Source: Thermomicrobiales bacterium
GTDB taxonomy: Bacteria; Chloroflexota; Chloroflexia; Thermomicrobiales; CFX8
Assembly (NCBI GenBank): GCA_037045155.1
Contig: JBAOIG010000005.1
Coordinates: 257,006 to 321,005, forward strand
Reading direction: 5' to 3'
DNA: 64,000 bases
The notes beneath the pieces were generated by a model that worked only from the letters and a program-made list of their open reading frames with translations, ran no database searches and had not been told where the DNA came from. The first letter of the stretch is position 1; each line of letters starts with the position of its first letter. Of the stretch, positions 63,133-64,000 are shown piece after piece. Made by a program: the position numbers and the translations under genes.

Positions 63133-64000
63133 TTACCAGCCCCGGGTTGCGAGCAGCTCGTCGGCCGGCAGGGTGCTGACGTTGATCCCGACCATCGCCT
63201 CGCCGAGATTCTCGCTGACCTTCGCGATGCGGACCGGATCGTTGTAGTGTGTCACTGCTTCGACAATCGCCGCCGCTCGACGCTCCGGATTGCCCGACTT
63301 GAAGATGCCCGAGCCAACAAAGACCCCGTCGCAACCAAGCTGCATCATCAGCGCCGCATCGGCTGGGGTTGCGATTCCACCAGCCGCGAAATTCACGACG
63401 GGCAGCCGCCCCAGATCGGCGACCTCGCGAAGCAGCTCGAGTGGAGCGCCGAGCTCCTTGGCAAACGCAGGCAGCTCGTCGCGGGTCATTCCGGCTGCCC
63501 GGCGGATCTGGGACTGCATCGTGCGCATGTGCCGGACCGCCTCGACGACGTTGCCGGTGCCGGCCTCGCCCTTTGTTCGAATCATCGCTGCGCCCTCGCT
63601 GAGCCGCCGCAGCGCCTCGCCGAGGTCGCGCGCGCCACAGACGAACGGGATGCGAAACGCGCTCTTCTCGATATGGTGATCCTCGTCGGCGGGCGTCAGG
63701 ACTTCCGACTCATCGATGTAGTCGATGTCACACGCCTCGATGATCTGTGCTTCGACGAAGTGGCCAATGCGCGCCTTGGCCATGACCGGAATTGTGACGG
63801 TTGCCTTGATCTGACGGATCAACGCCGGGTCGCTCATCCTGGCGACTCCGCCATCACGCCGGATGTCGGCCGGCACCCGTTCGAGCGCCATGACCGCGAC
63901 CGCGCCAGCCTCTTCGGCGATCCTCGCCTGATCCGGAGTGACGACGTCCATGATGACGCCGCCCTTCAACATCTGAGCCAGACCGACTTTCGTTCGCCAT
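63133..64000 (-). CDS. pdxS: Pyridoxal 5'-phosphate synthase lyase subunit PdxS (5' end beyond window)
   Basis: ..[56 protein letters not shown]... The frame stays open to the window edge, so the ORF-track Met at 63972 is internal. Confidence 0.92.
   Translation of the reverse strand, partial: WRTKVGLAQMLKGGVIMDVVTPDQARIAEEAGAVAVMALERVPADIRRDGGVARMSDPALIRQIKATVTIPVMAKARIGHFVEAQIIEACDIDYIDESEVLTPADEDHHIEKSAFRIPFVCGARDLGEALRRLSEGAAMIRTKGEAGTGNVVEAVRHMRTMQSQIRRAAGMTRDELPAFAKELGAPLELLREVADLGRLPVVNFAAGGIATPADAALMMQLGCDGVFVGSGIFKSGNPERRAAAIVEAVTHYNDPVRIAKVSENLGEAMVGINVSTLPADELLATRGW

Overview
This is a 64-kb window from a high-GC bacterial chromosome. Hand counts of single 60-nt lines give about 70-75% GC in typical genes. 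F420-type enzymes, tandem USPs and an Rv2629-like eRF1-fold protein suggest a Terrabacteria-like lineage (Chloroflexota/Thermomicrobia-like or Actinomycetota-like), but the window does not fix it. I call about 65 protein genes, 3 tRNAs, one tRNA-derived remnant, one IS630-family element and a few regulatory sites or terminators. Most of the content is housekeeping or accessory metabolism: a TPP enzyme with a CoA-transferase; a PadR regulator with a MacB-like ABC pair; tandem peptide-type SBPs next to a peptidase operon; queF; a helicase pair; sugar and thiol-type biosynthesis genes; a glycoside hydrolase; RNase Z; and pdxST. The strongest signal is selenocysteine recoding. A PRX_like2 peroxiredoxin-like gene (102..914) carries in-frame UGA codons at both cysteine positions of its W-C-P-x-C motif (UGA-Pro-Thr-UGA). 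A perfect hairpin sits in the bSECIS position, and a well-folding tRNA-Sec gene (selC, 8197..8293) lies 7.3 kb away. selC is duplicated 819 bp away as a decayed copy that shares a 62-bp near-perfect core. The two copies bracket a low-GC 155-aa ORF, which looks like a miniature islet at selC. Other items worth a second look are: an intact IS630-family element with an A7 -1 frameshift site, nested in a head-to-tail array of about 195-bp MITE-like units carrying its terminal sequence; a USP / eRF1-fold (GGWSQ) / USP stress cluster; and a translationally coupled UvrD-like helicase plus pseudo-helicase behind a pentapeptide-repeat protein. Many long ORFs in the track are antisense or out-of-frame shadows typical of high-GC DNA and are rejected. 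All calls rest on reading the sequence and on remembered family motifs; no database search was run.
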